A stretch of 43,686 nucleotides of DNA from a virus. Taxonomy: Duplodnaviria > Caudoviricetes. Position 1 is the first letter of the stretch. The number at the start of each line of letters is the position of its first letter. Made by a program: the position numbers and the translations under genes. Of this stretch, positions 9,061 to 17,776 are shown one piece after another. The stretch is taken from positions 1 through 43,686 of the IMG/VR virus record IMGVR_UViG_3300043485_000045; one strand, written 5' to 3'. The notes beneath the pieces were generated by a model. The model ran no database searches. It was given only the letters and a program-made list of their open reading frames with translations, and had not been told where the DNA came from.

Positions 9061-9191
9061 GAAAGTGGTCCCGAATTCTCATCAATTTATCAGCAGCAAG
9101 TAGCTTTTCGGCCTGCGTTACCCAAGTGGCATCAATGCCGCGCCCCAGTTAGCGGCATTGTGACATTTTACGTTTAGAAAGGCTACGTGTC

Positions 9192-10115
9192 GTGATCCAA
9201 AAATTCTCCGATTTGAAGAAAAAATTCCTCAGTTGGGCGAAGGAGGCGCTAAGCGAAAGCAGCGTAAACGTGTACCGGCACTATCTCGACCGTTTCGAAA
9301 AAAGATTTGGCGATCCACCTTTGGACAAGGTCAAGCCGGCGATGCTCACCCGGTGGGCTAAAACCTGGCACCAATGTCAGGCCGTCAAAAGACTCTTCAT
9401 CTGGGCCCACACCGAAGCGGGCCTGCTCGATCAAAATCCGTTGTCGCACGTCAAGCATCCGCCGAAAGGTCACCGGCGCCGCATCATGTCGCCCCTTGAT
9501 ACGGCGCGGCTCATTCGTTCGGTGAAGCCGGATCTCCGTCTGCTCCTGATCGGCTACCGGGAGACCATGGCGCGGCCCAAGGAATTGCGCGTTGCGAAGT
9601 GGGAGAATATTAAACCCGACGTCGCGTCGCTGAAGCTTCGCGATGCGCTCAAGACGGGGCGAGCTTCTTTGGTGTATTACGAATACAAATGCCGCGCTCG
9701 CCGCAAGGATGGCGAGCGTCCCCGCGTCATCATCCTTTCGCCTCGTTTTTGCCGGTTGCTCTTGAGATTGCTCGATAGGTCGAAGTCAAAGCGAGGCTAC
9801 ATTTTCAGAACCGAGCGGCGCCGGCCTTGGACGGCCAACGGGCTGCGCTGTCGATTCCGAGTGATCAGACGACGACTTGGCATCAAGCGAGACAGTCGCG
9901 GCGAGTCAATCGTTCCTTACACCTTCCGGCATACCGGCGCGACCCAAGCGGCGGCGGCCGGCGTCCGCGATCGGCTGCTCGCGGACATGCTCGGGCACGT
10001 CGATGCGAAGACAACGGCGCGCTACCAGCATTTGCAGGTGGACCATTTGCGCAATGCGATGACGGGCATTTGGGATTTCGACAAGAAGTCCAAGTCCAAT
10101 CCAAACAGCAAGTAG
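9192..10115 (+). CDS. int: Tyrosine integrase
   Basis: Catalytic R (ARPKE), YTFRH, LGH, Y (TARYQH); adjacent to attP. Confidence 0.9.
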   Translation: MIQKFSDLKKKFLSWAKEALSESSVNVYRHYLDRFEKRFGDPPLDKVKPAMLTRWAKTWHQCQAVKRLFIWAHTEAGLLDQNPLSHVKHPPKGHRRRIMSPLDTARLIRSVKPDLRLLLIGYRETMARPKELRVAKWENIKPDVASLKLRDALKTGRASLVYYEYKCRARRKDGERPRVIILSPRFCRLLLRLLDRSKSKRGYIFRTERRRPWTANGLRCRFRVIRRRLGIKRDSRGESIVPYTFRHTGATQAAAAGVRDRLLADMLGHVDAKTTARYQHLQVDHLRNAMTGIWDFDKKSKSNPNSK

Positions 10116-10130
10116 GATAGCGGGAAAGTG

Positions 10131-10176
10131 AAGCGGTCCGGCATCGCTGCATTGGGCGTTGCCGGACCGCTTTTTT
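10131..10176 (+). terminator. Intrinsic terminator between int and the convergent late operon
   Basis: GCGGTCCGGCA..TGCCGGACCGC followed by T6. Confidence 0.75.
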
Positions 10177-10189
10177 AAGAGGCGACGTA

Positions 10190-10603
10190 CTATCGAACGG
10201 GCGCGACGACGGGGGCCGCTGGCGTGGCGGGAATACTTGCCGGCGCGGGCTGCGCTTGCAGGGCTTGCAGTATAAGGCTGAACAGCGAGTTCAGGTCCAC
10301 GGCCGGCGGCGAGGCTGGCGAAGTCGGCATTGCTGGCGCAATCGGCGAGGGCATCGGCATGCTCGGAAATCCCGGTACCGGCGCGGCGGCCATGCTGGAC
10401 TTGACCGCGTTCGCGATCAACGCGATCAGCAACCCATGGCCAAGGGTGAGCTGCTCGGGAGAGCTCGGCAGGGGCATGATAACGCCTGGCTGGAGGCTCG
10501 GCGCCGGCGAACTCGCGGCCTGGCGAGCGTGAATGTAACGCAAAACATAGCCGGCGGCCAGCACGCCGGCGTAAATCAGATAACTCGTCATGTTCGGATC
10601 CAT
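10190..10603 (-). CDS. Pro/Ala-rich membrane protein (possible lysis accessory)
   Basis: N-terminal hydrophobic helix, Pro-rich linkers; last gene of the late operon. Confidence 0.6.
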   Translation of the reverse strand: MDPNMTSYLIYAGVLAAGYVLRYIHARQAASSPAPSLQPGVIMPLPSSPEQLTLGHGLLIALIANAVKSSMAAAPVPGFPSMPMPSPIAPAMPTSPASPPAVDLNSLFSLILQALQAQPAPASIPATPAAPVVAPVR

Positions 10604-10605
10604 GG

Positions 10606-11589
10606 TTATGGTTTTCCTTTGAGGTAGAGTAATAGCGCCGCGCCGGCGGCCAGGCAGCAAACGGGTACCGCCGGGTGCGTGGGAGCGGCTGGGTCATTTG
10701 GTTTCTTCGGTTCGACTTTGCGCAGATCGGGATCTTTCGTTTGATCGTAAGCTTTCACGGCCTTGCGGATCGCCGTCGGCATGTCTTTCCCATCGTCCTG
10801 GCGATGCAGCACTTTGCCGCTCGGATCCTGCAAATAGATGACGGGCGTTCCTTGGGTCTTGAAGACGGCCTGGCCGCTCAGACCGTCTTTCAGGCTCCAG
10901 TGATCGGCGGCGACGGCCCACGTGTTCATGCGATCGCGAATCTCCGGCTCCAGCGATGCGAACTGCGTAAGCGCTTCTTTTTGTTCGGCGGGATTTCCGA
11001 TGATCGTCAAGCGGAATCTCTTCGCATCGTCCGGCACTTGCTTGCCTACCAGCTCGTGGGCACGCTCACAACCGATCTTGCGTCCGCTGTACGTCGCTTC
11101 GTGGTCTTTTATCTTGCTCCAATCGACGCCGTGATTGTTCGGGTGCGTGAGATCACTGCCGACGTCCGTGCTTTCCGGCTGCGCTTCCTCGGCCGTTGGC
11201 ATCAGTCGGGTCACTTTCGCGACGGGCTGTGCGCGAGAGGGAGGCTCGGCCGGCGGCGTCGCGACCTTGGGGCCCCATATTTCTCGCCGCGCGTCATAAT
11301 CCCGCCAACAGTTGGCCGCATAGTTCCAGCAACCGATTTGCACGTTGTTGCGATAAAGCGCGGCTTCATTCGGCGAATCGGGCACATCGCACCATTCGTC
11401 GAGGATCTTCTCCAGTGGTTTCGATTCAATGGCCGGCGGCGCAGGCGCAATATTGCACCCCCCCGGCCCGCACGTGCTGGGCCCCCAGCGGCTCGGCGGT
11501 CGAGGGCTGGCGAATGCGAGCGACATGGACATCGTCAAAATTGCGACCGCGGCCAAAGCCAGGCCGGTCAAGATAAAGGTCTTTTTCAT
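10606..11589 (-). CDS. Exported protein with signal peptide and C-terminal membrane anchor (putative lysis cassette)
   Basis: MKKTFILTGLALAAVAIL signal; CGPGGC; thioredoxin-like TPVIYLQDPSGKVLHRQ segment; C-terminal hydrophobic tail. Confidence 0.6.
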   Translation of the reverse strand: MKKTFILTGLALAAVAILTMSMSLAFASPRPPSRWGPSTCGPGGCNIAPAPPAIESKPLEKILDEWCDVPDSPNEAALYRNNVQIGCWNYAANCWRDYDARREIWGPKVATPPAEPPSRAQPVAKVTRLMPTAEEAQPESTDVGSDLTHPNNHGVDWSKIKDHEATYSGRKIGCERAHELVGKQVPDDAKRFRLTIIGNPAEQKEALTQFASLEPEIRDRMNTWAVAADHWSLKDGLSGQAVFKTQGTPVIYLQDPSGKVLHRQDDGKDMPTAIRKAVKAYDQTKDPDLRKVEPKKPNDPAAPTHPAVPVCCLAAGAALLLYLKGKP

Positions 11590-11864
11590 GGTTCGTCCCT
11601 TGTGAATGAGTCGTCTGCCGCGCGGCTCGCTTCATTGCGTTCGCGCGGCGGCGGCCATTGTGGAGTCCAAAGCGATGCGTCCAGGGCGCCGCTTACAAAA
11701 TAAAAACCAGCCGCGAAAGCAGCGGTGAACCCTACGAATAGGCCGAATACCTTTTGGTCCCCTTTCGCGTCGGGGAAACTCGCGGCGATCAACGTTGCTA
11801 CATAAATAAAAAACGCGCCCATTGCGAACCGCAGGACAATCAGGACTGGCCGCATGTCGTTCAT
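11586..11864 (-). CDS. Small two-TM membrane protein (holin candidate)
   Basis: Two hydrophobic helices, charged C-terminus, ATGA overlaps on both sides. Confidence 0.5.
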   Translation of the reverse strand: MNDMRPVLIVLRFAMGAFFIYVATLIAASFPDAKGDQKVFGLFVGFTAAFAAGFYFVSGALDASLWTPQWPPPRERNEASRAADDSFTRDEP

Positions 11865-12088
11865 CGTGCATCGCTCCATTTGCGAAGGATCGCGAGCGCC
11901 AACATGCCGGCGAGGCCGAGCAGCACGTAGGCCGTGGGCTCGCTCCAAGAGAGGGCAATGTCGGCGACGTCGCTCCATTTTTCGGCGGTGATGGCGATCG
12001 TGTCCGCCATGCGTTTGTGCGCCTTCGCTGCCTCGATCAATTCGGCCGGCAACTGAAGCAGCGGGAGTTTCGCTTGATCAGGGTGCAT
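11861..12088 (-). CDS. Small membrane protein (holin/antiholin candidate)
   Basis: GAGG RBS; C-terminal TM YVLLGLAGMLALAIL. Confidence 0.5.
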   Translation of the reverse strand: MHPDQAKLPLLQLPAELIEAAKAHKRMADTIAITAEKWSDVADIALSWSEPTAYVLLGLAGMLALAILRKWSDAR

Positions 12089-12096
12089 GTAAAGCC

Positions 12097-12894
12097 TCAG
12101 TTGAACGGCAATGGCGGCGGCGGCGCGGCGAGCAGGATGATTGCCCATCCTGCTCTGCCCCCGGTAAAAGTCCGCACAAATTCATCGACCGTGAGCCACT
12201 CATAGGCTTGTTCCAGCGGTGCAATGTAATTGTTGTCGAGTACGGCCGCGTAGCTCGAGTCAAGATGAACCAGGTTGACCATATGGCTGATTTTCTGACC
12301 GCCATAACGGCCCGTCGGCGAAAAGCTGTACGTCACCCCAATCATGCGGCCGCCGGCGAGGGCCGCGCGCAGGATGTCGAGCAGCTCGCGGCCGCCCTGG
12401 AGCTGCACATAGTCGGGCACCGGTACGCCTCGATCTTTACAGATCATGGCAATGCGCTTGTCCATTTCTCCCGGATAAGTTCCCCCAGGCAGTCGCTTGG
12501 CCTGAACCCATTTGGGAAACTCTTGCAGCGCCGGCACGTTTTGCCAGAGCGAACAATGATGGACGCTGGTATGCGTGCAACAACCGTTGTTGCTGCCAGG
12601 CGGACTAGCGACGTTCTTGCGGTGGAGTGATCCGGGCAAGTCGGTTTGCAGCTCCGTTTTCCCGTCGGGCGCCACTTTTCCGCCAACGCTTGCGCCGTAT
12701 CTAGCTTGGCTCAGGACGTTCGATGCATCCTGCGTGCAATAACACCCTTGGCTATCGTCGCATCCGCAGTTGCATAAAGATTCATTGGCAAGGCAATCGT
12801 GACCCGGTGGCGGCGTGGCGCGTTCCGCGTGAAGCACGCCAAGCGAGAAAATGCAGCCAATCAAAATTGCAAAACTTAAAATCGGGCTCTTCAT
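12097..12894 (-). CDS. Secreted papain-like/C39-type cysteine peptidase (candidate endolysin)
   Basis: Signal peptide; GCC..S, SHMVNLV and VLDNN arranged as a Cys-His-Asp/Asn triad; located in the lysis position. Confidence 0.6.
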   Translation of the reverse strand: MKSPILSFAILIGCIFSLGVLHAERATPPPGHDCLANESLCNCGCDDSQGCYCTQDASNVLSQARYGASVGGKVAPDGKTELQTDLPGSLHRKNVASPPGSNNGCCTHTSVHHCSLWQNVPALQEFPKWVQAKRLPGGTYPGEMDKRIAMICKDRGVPVPDYVQLQGGRELLDILRAALAGGRMIGVTYSFSPTGRYGGQKISHMVNLVHLDSSYAAVLDNNYIAPLEQAYEWLTVDEFVRTFTGGRAGWAIILLAAPPPPLPFN

Positions 12895-13133
12895 AGGGGT
12901 ACCTTTCTATAGCCAAGGGAAACCAGGACATTGAGGACTTCAGTCCAGGTCGGAAACGCGCGTCCTGTCTCGCGTTTGTAGGTATCGACCGCACGGAGAA
13001 ACTCTAACTCATTTTCCGTGTAGTCGCTGCCGGCCGTTGTCAGGCCGATCGCGCTCTTGATTCTGCGGCGAGCGATGCTCTTTTCGTTCGAGCCTTTGAG
13101 GCGCGTGGCGGTCGGGATTTTCTTGCGGTCCAT
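12891..13133 (-). CDS. Small hypothetical protein of a family I recall from Planctomycetes
   Basis: EFLRAVDTYKRETGRAFPTWTEVLNVLVSLGYRK motif (recognised from memory). Confidence 0.7.
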   Translation of the reverse strand: MDRKKIPTATRLKGSNEKSIARRRIKSAIGLTTAGSDYTENELEFLRAVDTYKRETGRAFPTWTEVLNVLVSLGYRKVPL

Positions 13134-13142
13134 CGTTAGCTC

Positions 13143-13481
13143 CTAAGCTGCACGGCCAAACTCTATGGTGACCGTGCCTTTCATGAGGGGTACATTTTCG
13201 TTCTCGTCCGATCGCCAAACGATCAATGAGCACTTGCTGCCCACGGTCCACGTCGCGGTGACGGCCTTCTTGAACCAGAAATAGAACGCGCCCGTCGCGG
13301 TCCGCACGATCGTTCCGGCGCTCTCCGTGCAGCTTGCGATCAAATTGCCGTCGAGGTACATGTCAGCGCCCAGCGCCCACGTGTTCCAATCGGAAACATC
13401 GACGCCGGCGGCGGCGACATACGCTTGGCGGAAATCTTCCCCTACGCACACTTTCAGGTTGACGATGACCGGCGGCGACAT
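13143..13481 (-). CDS. Putative virion beta-sandwich protein (BppU N-terminal-like)
   Basis: Start MSPPVIV after GGAGG; ends LMKGTVTIE, typical of such adaptor domains. Confidence 0.55.
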   Translation of the reverse strand: MSPPVIVNLKVCVGEDFRQAYVAAAGVDVSDWNTWALGADMYLDGNLIASCTESAGTIVRTATGAFYFWFKKAVTATWTVGSKCSLIVWRSDENENVPLMKGTVTIEFGRAA

Positions 13482-13483
13482 GG

Positions 13484-14146
13484 CTAGGCCTCCCTGAAGG
13501 TAATGGGGTCGCGTGCGGTGATGTACGTGATCGGCTCGCGCGCGATCGTGAAGACGATGGCGGGGCGGATAACGGGCGTGACGGTCCCGGCCGGCGATAC
13601 TCCCTCCACGGTGCATGTCCCCGCCGCCAACCCCAGCGCTGCCGCCAACGCCTGCATCCCGCCCGAAACGGTGCATGTCCCACTTGCCGTTCCCGCGCTG
13701 GCCGCGAGCGATGCGCCCACTGCCGCGCAAGTCGATGATCCACTCGATGCGCCGACGCCAGACGCAAGCGACGCGCCAGCACCCGCGACGGTGCAGGTTC
13801 CCGATGCCGAGCCTGCTGAAGCATCGACGGCCGCAACGCCGCTGACGGTGCAAGTGCCCGTTGCGGAGCCGGCGGCACTCGCCAGAGACGCGCCAACCGC
13901 TGTGCATGTAGCCGTTCCGCTTGACGCTCCCGCTGCTGATGCGAGCGACGCGCCAACTGCGGAAGCGGTCGCTGTCCCTACGCTGCTGGCTGCGGATGCG
14001 GAGAGCGACGCGCCAGCACCCGCGACGGTGGACGTTCCTGCGGATGCGCCGACGCTGGCCGTGCTTGCCTCTTGCAACAACAGCTTGTCAGTGCCATTTT
14101 GCAGGAGCAGTTTGCTAGACCCATCTTGTAGGAGCAGGAAGCTCAT
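13484..14146 (-). CDS. Ala/Ser/Gly/Thr-rich repeat virion protein (~8 x 20-aa repeats)
   Basis: Repeat unit like SAAGASSGTATCTAVGASLA; ~60-bp periodicity at 13600-14060. Confidence 0.7.
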   Translation of the reverse strand: MSFLLLQDGSSKLLLQNGTDKLLLQEASTASVGASAGTSTVAGAGASLSASAASSVGTATASAVGASLASAAGASSGTATCTAVGASLASAAGSATGTCTVSGVAAVDASAGSASGTCTVAGAGASLASGVGASSGSSTCAAVGASLAASAGTASGTCTVSGGMQALAAALGLAAGTCTVEGVSPAGTVTPVIRPAIVFTIAREPITYITARDPITFREA

Positions 14147-14160
14147 TCAACGCCTCGCCT

Positions 14161-14448
14161 TTAGCCGCCGATGCTGCCGTCGTTCATCTTGTAAAGGTTG
14201 TCATCGTGATTACCGTCCGCGACGAACGTGTTGATAGCCGCAAGTGAACCTAAAGCGTTGTCCATTTCTTCATCGGTGATACCTGCGTTGTTGCCGGTGA
14301 AGTCTGCATCGCCGATGCTCGATCCGGTATCCAACTGCACGGACATTCGGCCAAGCGACACAGCTTCTTCGACGGTGCGAAGTAGCTGTGTGGAGATCCT
14401 GCGAACATCGTTGATGAAGTTCGTTTTTTGATTTGCGGTCAGTGCCAT
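14161..14448 (-). CDS. Hypothetical virion-region protein
   Basis: AAGGA RBS; 95 aa. Confidence 0.7.
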   Translation of the reverse strand: MALTANQKTNFINDVRRISTQLLRTVEEAVSLGRMSVQLDTGSSIGDADFTGNNAGITDEEMDNALGSLAAINTFVADGNHDDNLYKMNDGSIGG

Positions 14449-14466
14449 GTTTAAGTTCCTTCGAGG

Positions 14467-15723
14467 TTAGGGGATGTCTTCGATCATCATGCAGGTTCCA
14501 ATGGTCACGGTCATCGTTCCGCCGCCTGAACCATCGCTGTTCTTGGCTTGGCGTGGAATGAAGGTTCCGCCAGCGTTGCACACCAAAGAGAAATTGATCT
14601 CCACCATCGTCGAACCAGTGATGGTCGCTTCGGTGATATCGGTAGCTATGGCCGTGGTGCGGGCAACTTTGCGAACACTGGTATCGTCGGACAGGACACC
14701 TTGGGCGATGAAGCTGGTCATCGTTGCCGTGCCGCTGTCGAAGTCGAGTTTCAAGCCATCCGCTGCCGTCGCTTCATCGCAATAGATGATGAGCTTGCCG
14801 GAATACTTGCGACCCGCAATCAGAGTCGAAGATAGGCCGGTGATGGCGGCAAGCGTCGTGGTGACGTTGGTGACATTGGACGAGACGCGGGAGACGCCGC
14901 CGACGTTTTGGAACCATCCAAGTGTGCCGCTAGGGGAAAAAGGTCCTGTGACTTTCGCGGCAACACGGTAGATGCCGCTGTCCTCATCAGCTGATACAGC
15001 ATTACCAGAAGCAGAAAAAGTGTAAGACCCAGAGGGAGATGTCACCCATCTGCTGCCAGAAAAGTACCAGGTAGTTCCCTGTGATATTGCGCCATAAAAG
15101 GAAACTCCGCCCACTCCAAGCGTCATGGATTGTCCAAAACCGTTGGTGATGGTCATAGCCCCGTCTTTGCAATTAAGCAAACCGCCGGTTCCATCGTGAC
15201 TTATCTGGATTTCATCCGTTCCCGCCGTCCCTCCCGGCTGACGAACTGTCACCGTCCCCTCGGCTACGACGGCGCTCTTGCGCGTGATGGTGGCATTGGT
15301 CCCCGCCGTTGGCTCCTTCACGTAAAGCGTGGTAGCATTGGTAATCGTCGATGCCCCGACAAACGCATACGTCGGCCCCTGTATCACCACTTCCCGCTGA
15401 GTCGTCAGCGCGCCCGTTGCGAACTGCTTCGTCGCCGACATATTCAAGTTGACGCCGATATTTTCGGTGGATGCCGTCAGTCCGGTGTGGGCCGCTGCTG
15501 TCACGGTCAACGCAGTTGGTGAGCCGCTGGCGACGGCTGTCGGCGCGATAGTCTGCCCAACGGTGAACGTGTTGGCGAACGCTCCGACTAAGTTTGCCTG
15601 CGTGATTTTCTTTGACGAACCCGCCGCGTCATCAGTGGCATCGCTGACATCGACAATGCTGAGCAAGTCGCCGCTTGCGACGGCGGTTAGCACAGGCAAG
15701 TCGGGTATTTTGCTGTCGGCCAT
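14467..15723 (-). CDS. Tail fibre / receptor-binding-like protein
   Basis: MADSKIPDLP..GDLLSIVD..SKKIT N-terminal fibre motif; Thr/Gly-rich beta composition. Confidence 0.65.
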   Translation of the reverse strand: MADSKIPDLPVLTAVASGDLLSIVDVSDATDDAAGSSKKITQANLVGAFANTFTVGQTIAPTAVASGSPTALTVTAAAHTGLTASTENIGVNLNMSATKQFATGALTTQREVVIQGPTYAFVGASTITNATTLYVKEPTAGTNATITRKSAVVAEGTVTVRQPGGTAGTDEIQISHDGTGGLLNCKDGAMTITNGFGQSMTLGVGGVSFYGAISQGTTWYFSGSRWVTSPSGSYTFSASGNAVSADEDSGIYRVAAKVTGPFSPSGTLGWFQNVGGVSRVSSNVTNVTTTLAAITGLSSTLIAGRKYSGKLIIYCDEATAADGLKLDFDSGTATMTSFIAQGVLSDDTSVRKVARTTAIATDITEATITGSTMVEINFSLVCNAGGTFIPRQAKNSDGSGGGTMTVTIGTCMMIEDIP

Positions 15724-15768
15724 TGGGGTACGCTCACTTTCAGGGATTGAGACACGTCAGAATCACGC

Positions 15769-16359
15769 CTAGTCTTCCGTCACAGCCGTCGCGCTCGTAA
15801 GCTGCGGCGTGATGCCATTGCCCGTCACGATGTTCGGCGTCACGGTTCCCGAATACAGCAGCACGCCCGCGCCGCTCGAAGCCGTTCCAATCCCGAAGTG
15901 CGTCGCCGTCCCACTGCCGCCAGAGCCAGCGACGAAGCTTGTCAGCGCATCCGTCAACGTGCAGGAGTTGCCGGACACGGTGAATCCGCCCGCGCCGCTC
16001 GCCCGCGAGATCGCCTTGCGCGCGTAGCTGGTATAGCCGATTTCGCTGGTGGTCTGATCTCCGGCTTCACCTGGATCGGCAGTGTGCAATGAGAGATAGA
16101 GGCTGCCCGCCGTGGACGATCCGCGCAGGCCGGTTGCATCGCCGACGAGTGCGAAGTTGGTGTTGTTGAACAGCAGCAAGAGCAAGCCGTTTTCCCATGA
16201 ATTGGATTTGGTCCAATGCACCGGGCGTTTGCTGTGTCGCCAATCCATGTCCTGCGGACGGAACGGTTGGAAGAAGCGAAATCGCAGTTGATCGGCGCGG
16301 ATCGGCGCGAAGGACGCCAGAGCGATTCGCGGCTTCGGTAGTTCGATGATGTTGCCCAT
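15769..16359 (-). CDS. Minor tail/fibre-associated protein
   Basis: KSNSWEN.LL.LLF..LYLSLHTADPGEAG..SYARKA..ATHFGI..G.LLY.G pattern of a widespread phage minor tail family. Confidence 0.75.
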   Translation of the reverse strand: MGNIIELPKPRIALASFAPIRADQLRFRFFQPFRPQDMDWRHSKRPVHWTKSNSWENGLLLLLFNNTNFALVGDATGLRGSSTAGSLYLSLHTADPGEAGDQTTSEIGYTSYARKAISRASGAGGFTVSGNSCTLTDALTSFVAGSGGSGTATHFGIGTASSGAGVLLYSGTVTPNIVTGNGITPQLTSATAVTED

Positions 16360-16376
16360 GTCGGTTCCTTTTGAGG

Positions 16377-17774
16377 TTAAACTCGCACCATCCAAGAATC
16401 GTCTTGAAACAATCTCAACTCATAATCGCCGAGCGCCTCACGCACGGCCTGGGTGACGCCGGGCGTGCGCAGGCAGTAGTCGTGCCCGCACACGAACCCG
16501 CCCAACTTGACCGTGCGGCGCCATGCCGCGATGTCCGCTCTGACCGATGCGTAGTCGTGGGATGCGTCGATGTAGACCAAATCGAAGTAGCCATCGTAGA
16601 ACAGATTCGCGCCGTCCAAGCTGTTGAATTTGTGCTTACGGATGACCTTTGGAAACCGCGCGAGCACGGCATCGAATCGCGGCTCGGCCTCCGACGTGCG
16701 GTAGCCCTTGCCCGCGAATGTGGCCCACGAATCGACGCAATGCACTTCCGAGAACTTGCCGGACGCGGCGAAGATTTCCACGCTCTCTCCCGCGTAGCTG
16801 CCTACTTCCGCCATCATCAACGGACCATCGGGAAGCGCGGCGATGAACGCGACCAACCCCGTTCGCATGCGCGCCTCGACGCGCAGCGGCTTGACCACGG
16901 CAGCTTCGACCGGCGACGGCGCGTAGAAGCGGCGCTGCAAGTAGGAGTGCAAGGAGGGCGTCCAACCCTTGTCGGCGTGATTGATGATCGCAGACGTTGG
17001 TTCACCTTTGAATCCACGGCGAAGGAACGCGAAAACCTGCGGGTCGATCCGTTCGCGGTTTCGCCAGTGCATCGCGCCGTAGAGCAATTCCCATTGCAGC
17101 GTCCGATTACCAAGATCGAACTTGTCCCATGTTGCCAGGAACTTGGACTTCTCCAAAACGTGCGGCATATGCGTGCAGTAATCGACCTGGGGATAGCCGT
17201 GTTCGGCCAGCACTGCGAACGTCTCGCGCTTGTGGTCCAGCCATTCCCCCTTGCCGCCGATCTTCGCGGGAACCGAGCCGAAGAAGAAATTGCGGCGCAA
17301 GTCGGCCATCGAAACGGGCTGGGCGAACATCGTGTCATCCATCATCCACACGAACGATTCCGGCACTGCGCTCGACCGGCACACGGCATAGAACTTGTCC
17401 AATTGATCGCGATATCGACGCATGCGGCACGGTCCCACGCGGTCCATGCGGATCGCGGGGCCGGTGTACCAGGGCGGCGGATCGCCGACAACCAGGATGG
17501 AGGCGTTGCCGTGATAGTGCTTGACGACGCTGCGGATCGACCAGCGCAATTCGTCGGCTTTCGCGCCGCCGTGCCAGTAGACCCAGACAAAGGTGGCGTC
17601 CTCCGGCTCGACGAAAGTGCGCGGAACGAACTGCAGCTTCTTTTGGGTGCAACCGCCGCACTCTTGGTATTCGCTTGGCGTTGGCATGGCGACGCGCGCG
17701 GGCTGGGTGGCGACGTTCCCTTGCGGGAAATCGATCCACTCACCATCGCCGATCTTTACGCGCGCCCATGCCAT
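16377..17774 (-). CDS. Stealth-like sugar-phosphotransferase domain fused to class I SAM methyltransferase (Methyltransf_24-like)
   Basis: DELRWSIRSV..P.W..FVWMMDD..THMP (Stealth CR2-like); EVGSYAGES, VYIDASHDY, GGFVCGHDY. Confidence 0.7.
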   Translation of the reverse strand: MAWARVKIGDGEWIDFPQGNVATQPARVAMPTPSEYQECGGCTQKKLQFVPRTFVEPEDATFVWVYWHGGAKADELRWSIRSVVKHYHGNASILVVGDPPPWYTGPAIRMDRVGPCRMRRYRDQLDKFYAVCRSSAVPESFVWMMDDTMFAQPVSMADLRRNFFFGSVPAKIGGKGEWLDHKRETFAVLAEHGYPQVDYCTHMPHVLEKSKFLATWDKFDLGNRTLQWELLYGAMHWRNRERIDPQVFAFLRRGFKGEPTSAIINHADKGWTPSLHSYLQRRFYAPSPVEAAVVKPLRVEARMRTGLVAFIAALPDGPLMMAEVGSYAGESVEIFAASGKFSEVHCVDSWATFAGKGYRTSEAEPRFDAVLARFPKVIRKHKFNSLDGANLFYDGYFDLVYIDASHDYASVRADIAAWRRTVKLGGFVCGHDYCLRTPGVTQAVREALGDYELRLFQDDSWMVRV

Positions 17775-17776
17775 CG

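Noticed and set aside
13482-13907. N-terminal 140 aa of ORF 13143-13907
   Set aside because: Overlaps the repeat protein in another frame; the real start is probably ATG 13481 with a GGAGG RBS
13600-14060. CRISPR-like periodic repeat
   Set aside because: ~60-bp degenerate coding repeats of a 20-aa unit; no identical repeats with unique spacers and no cas genes
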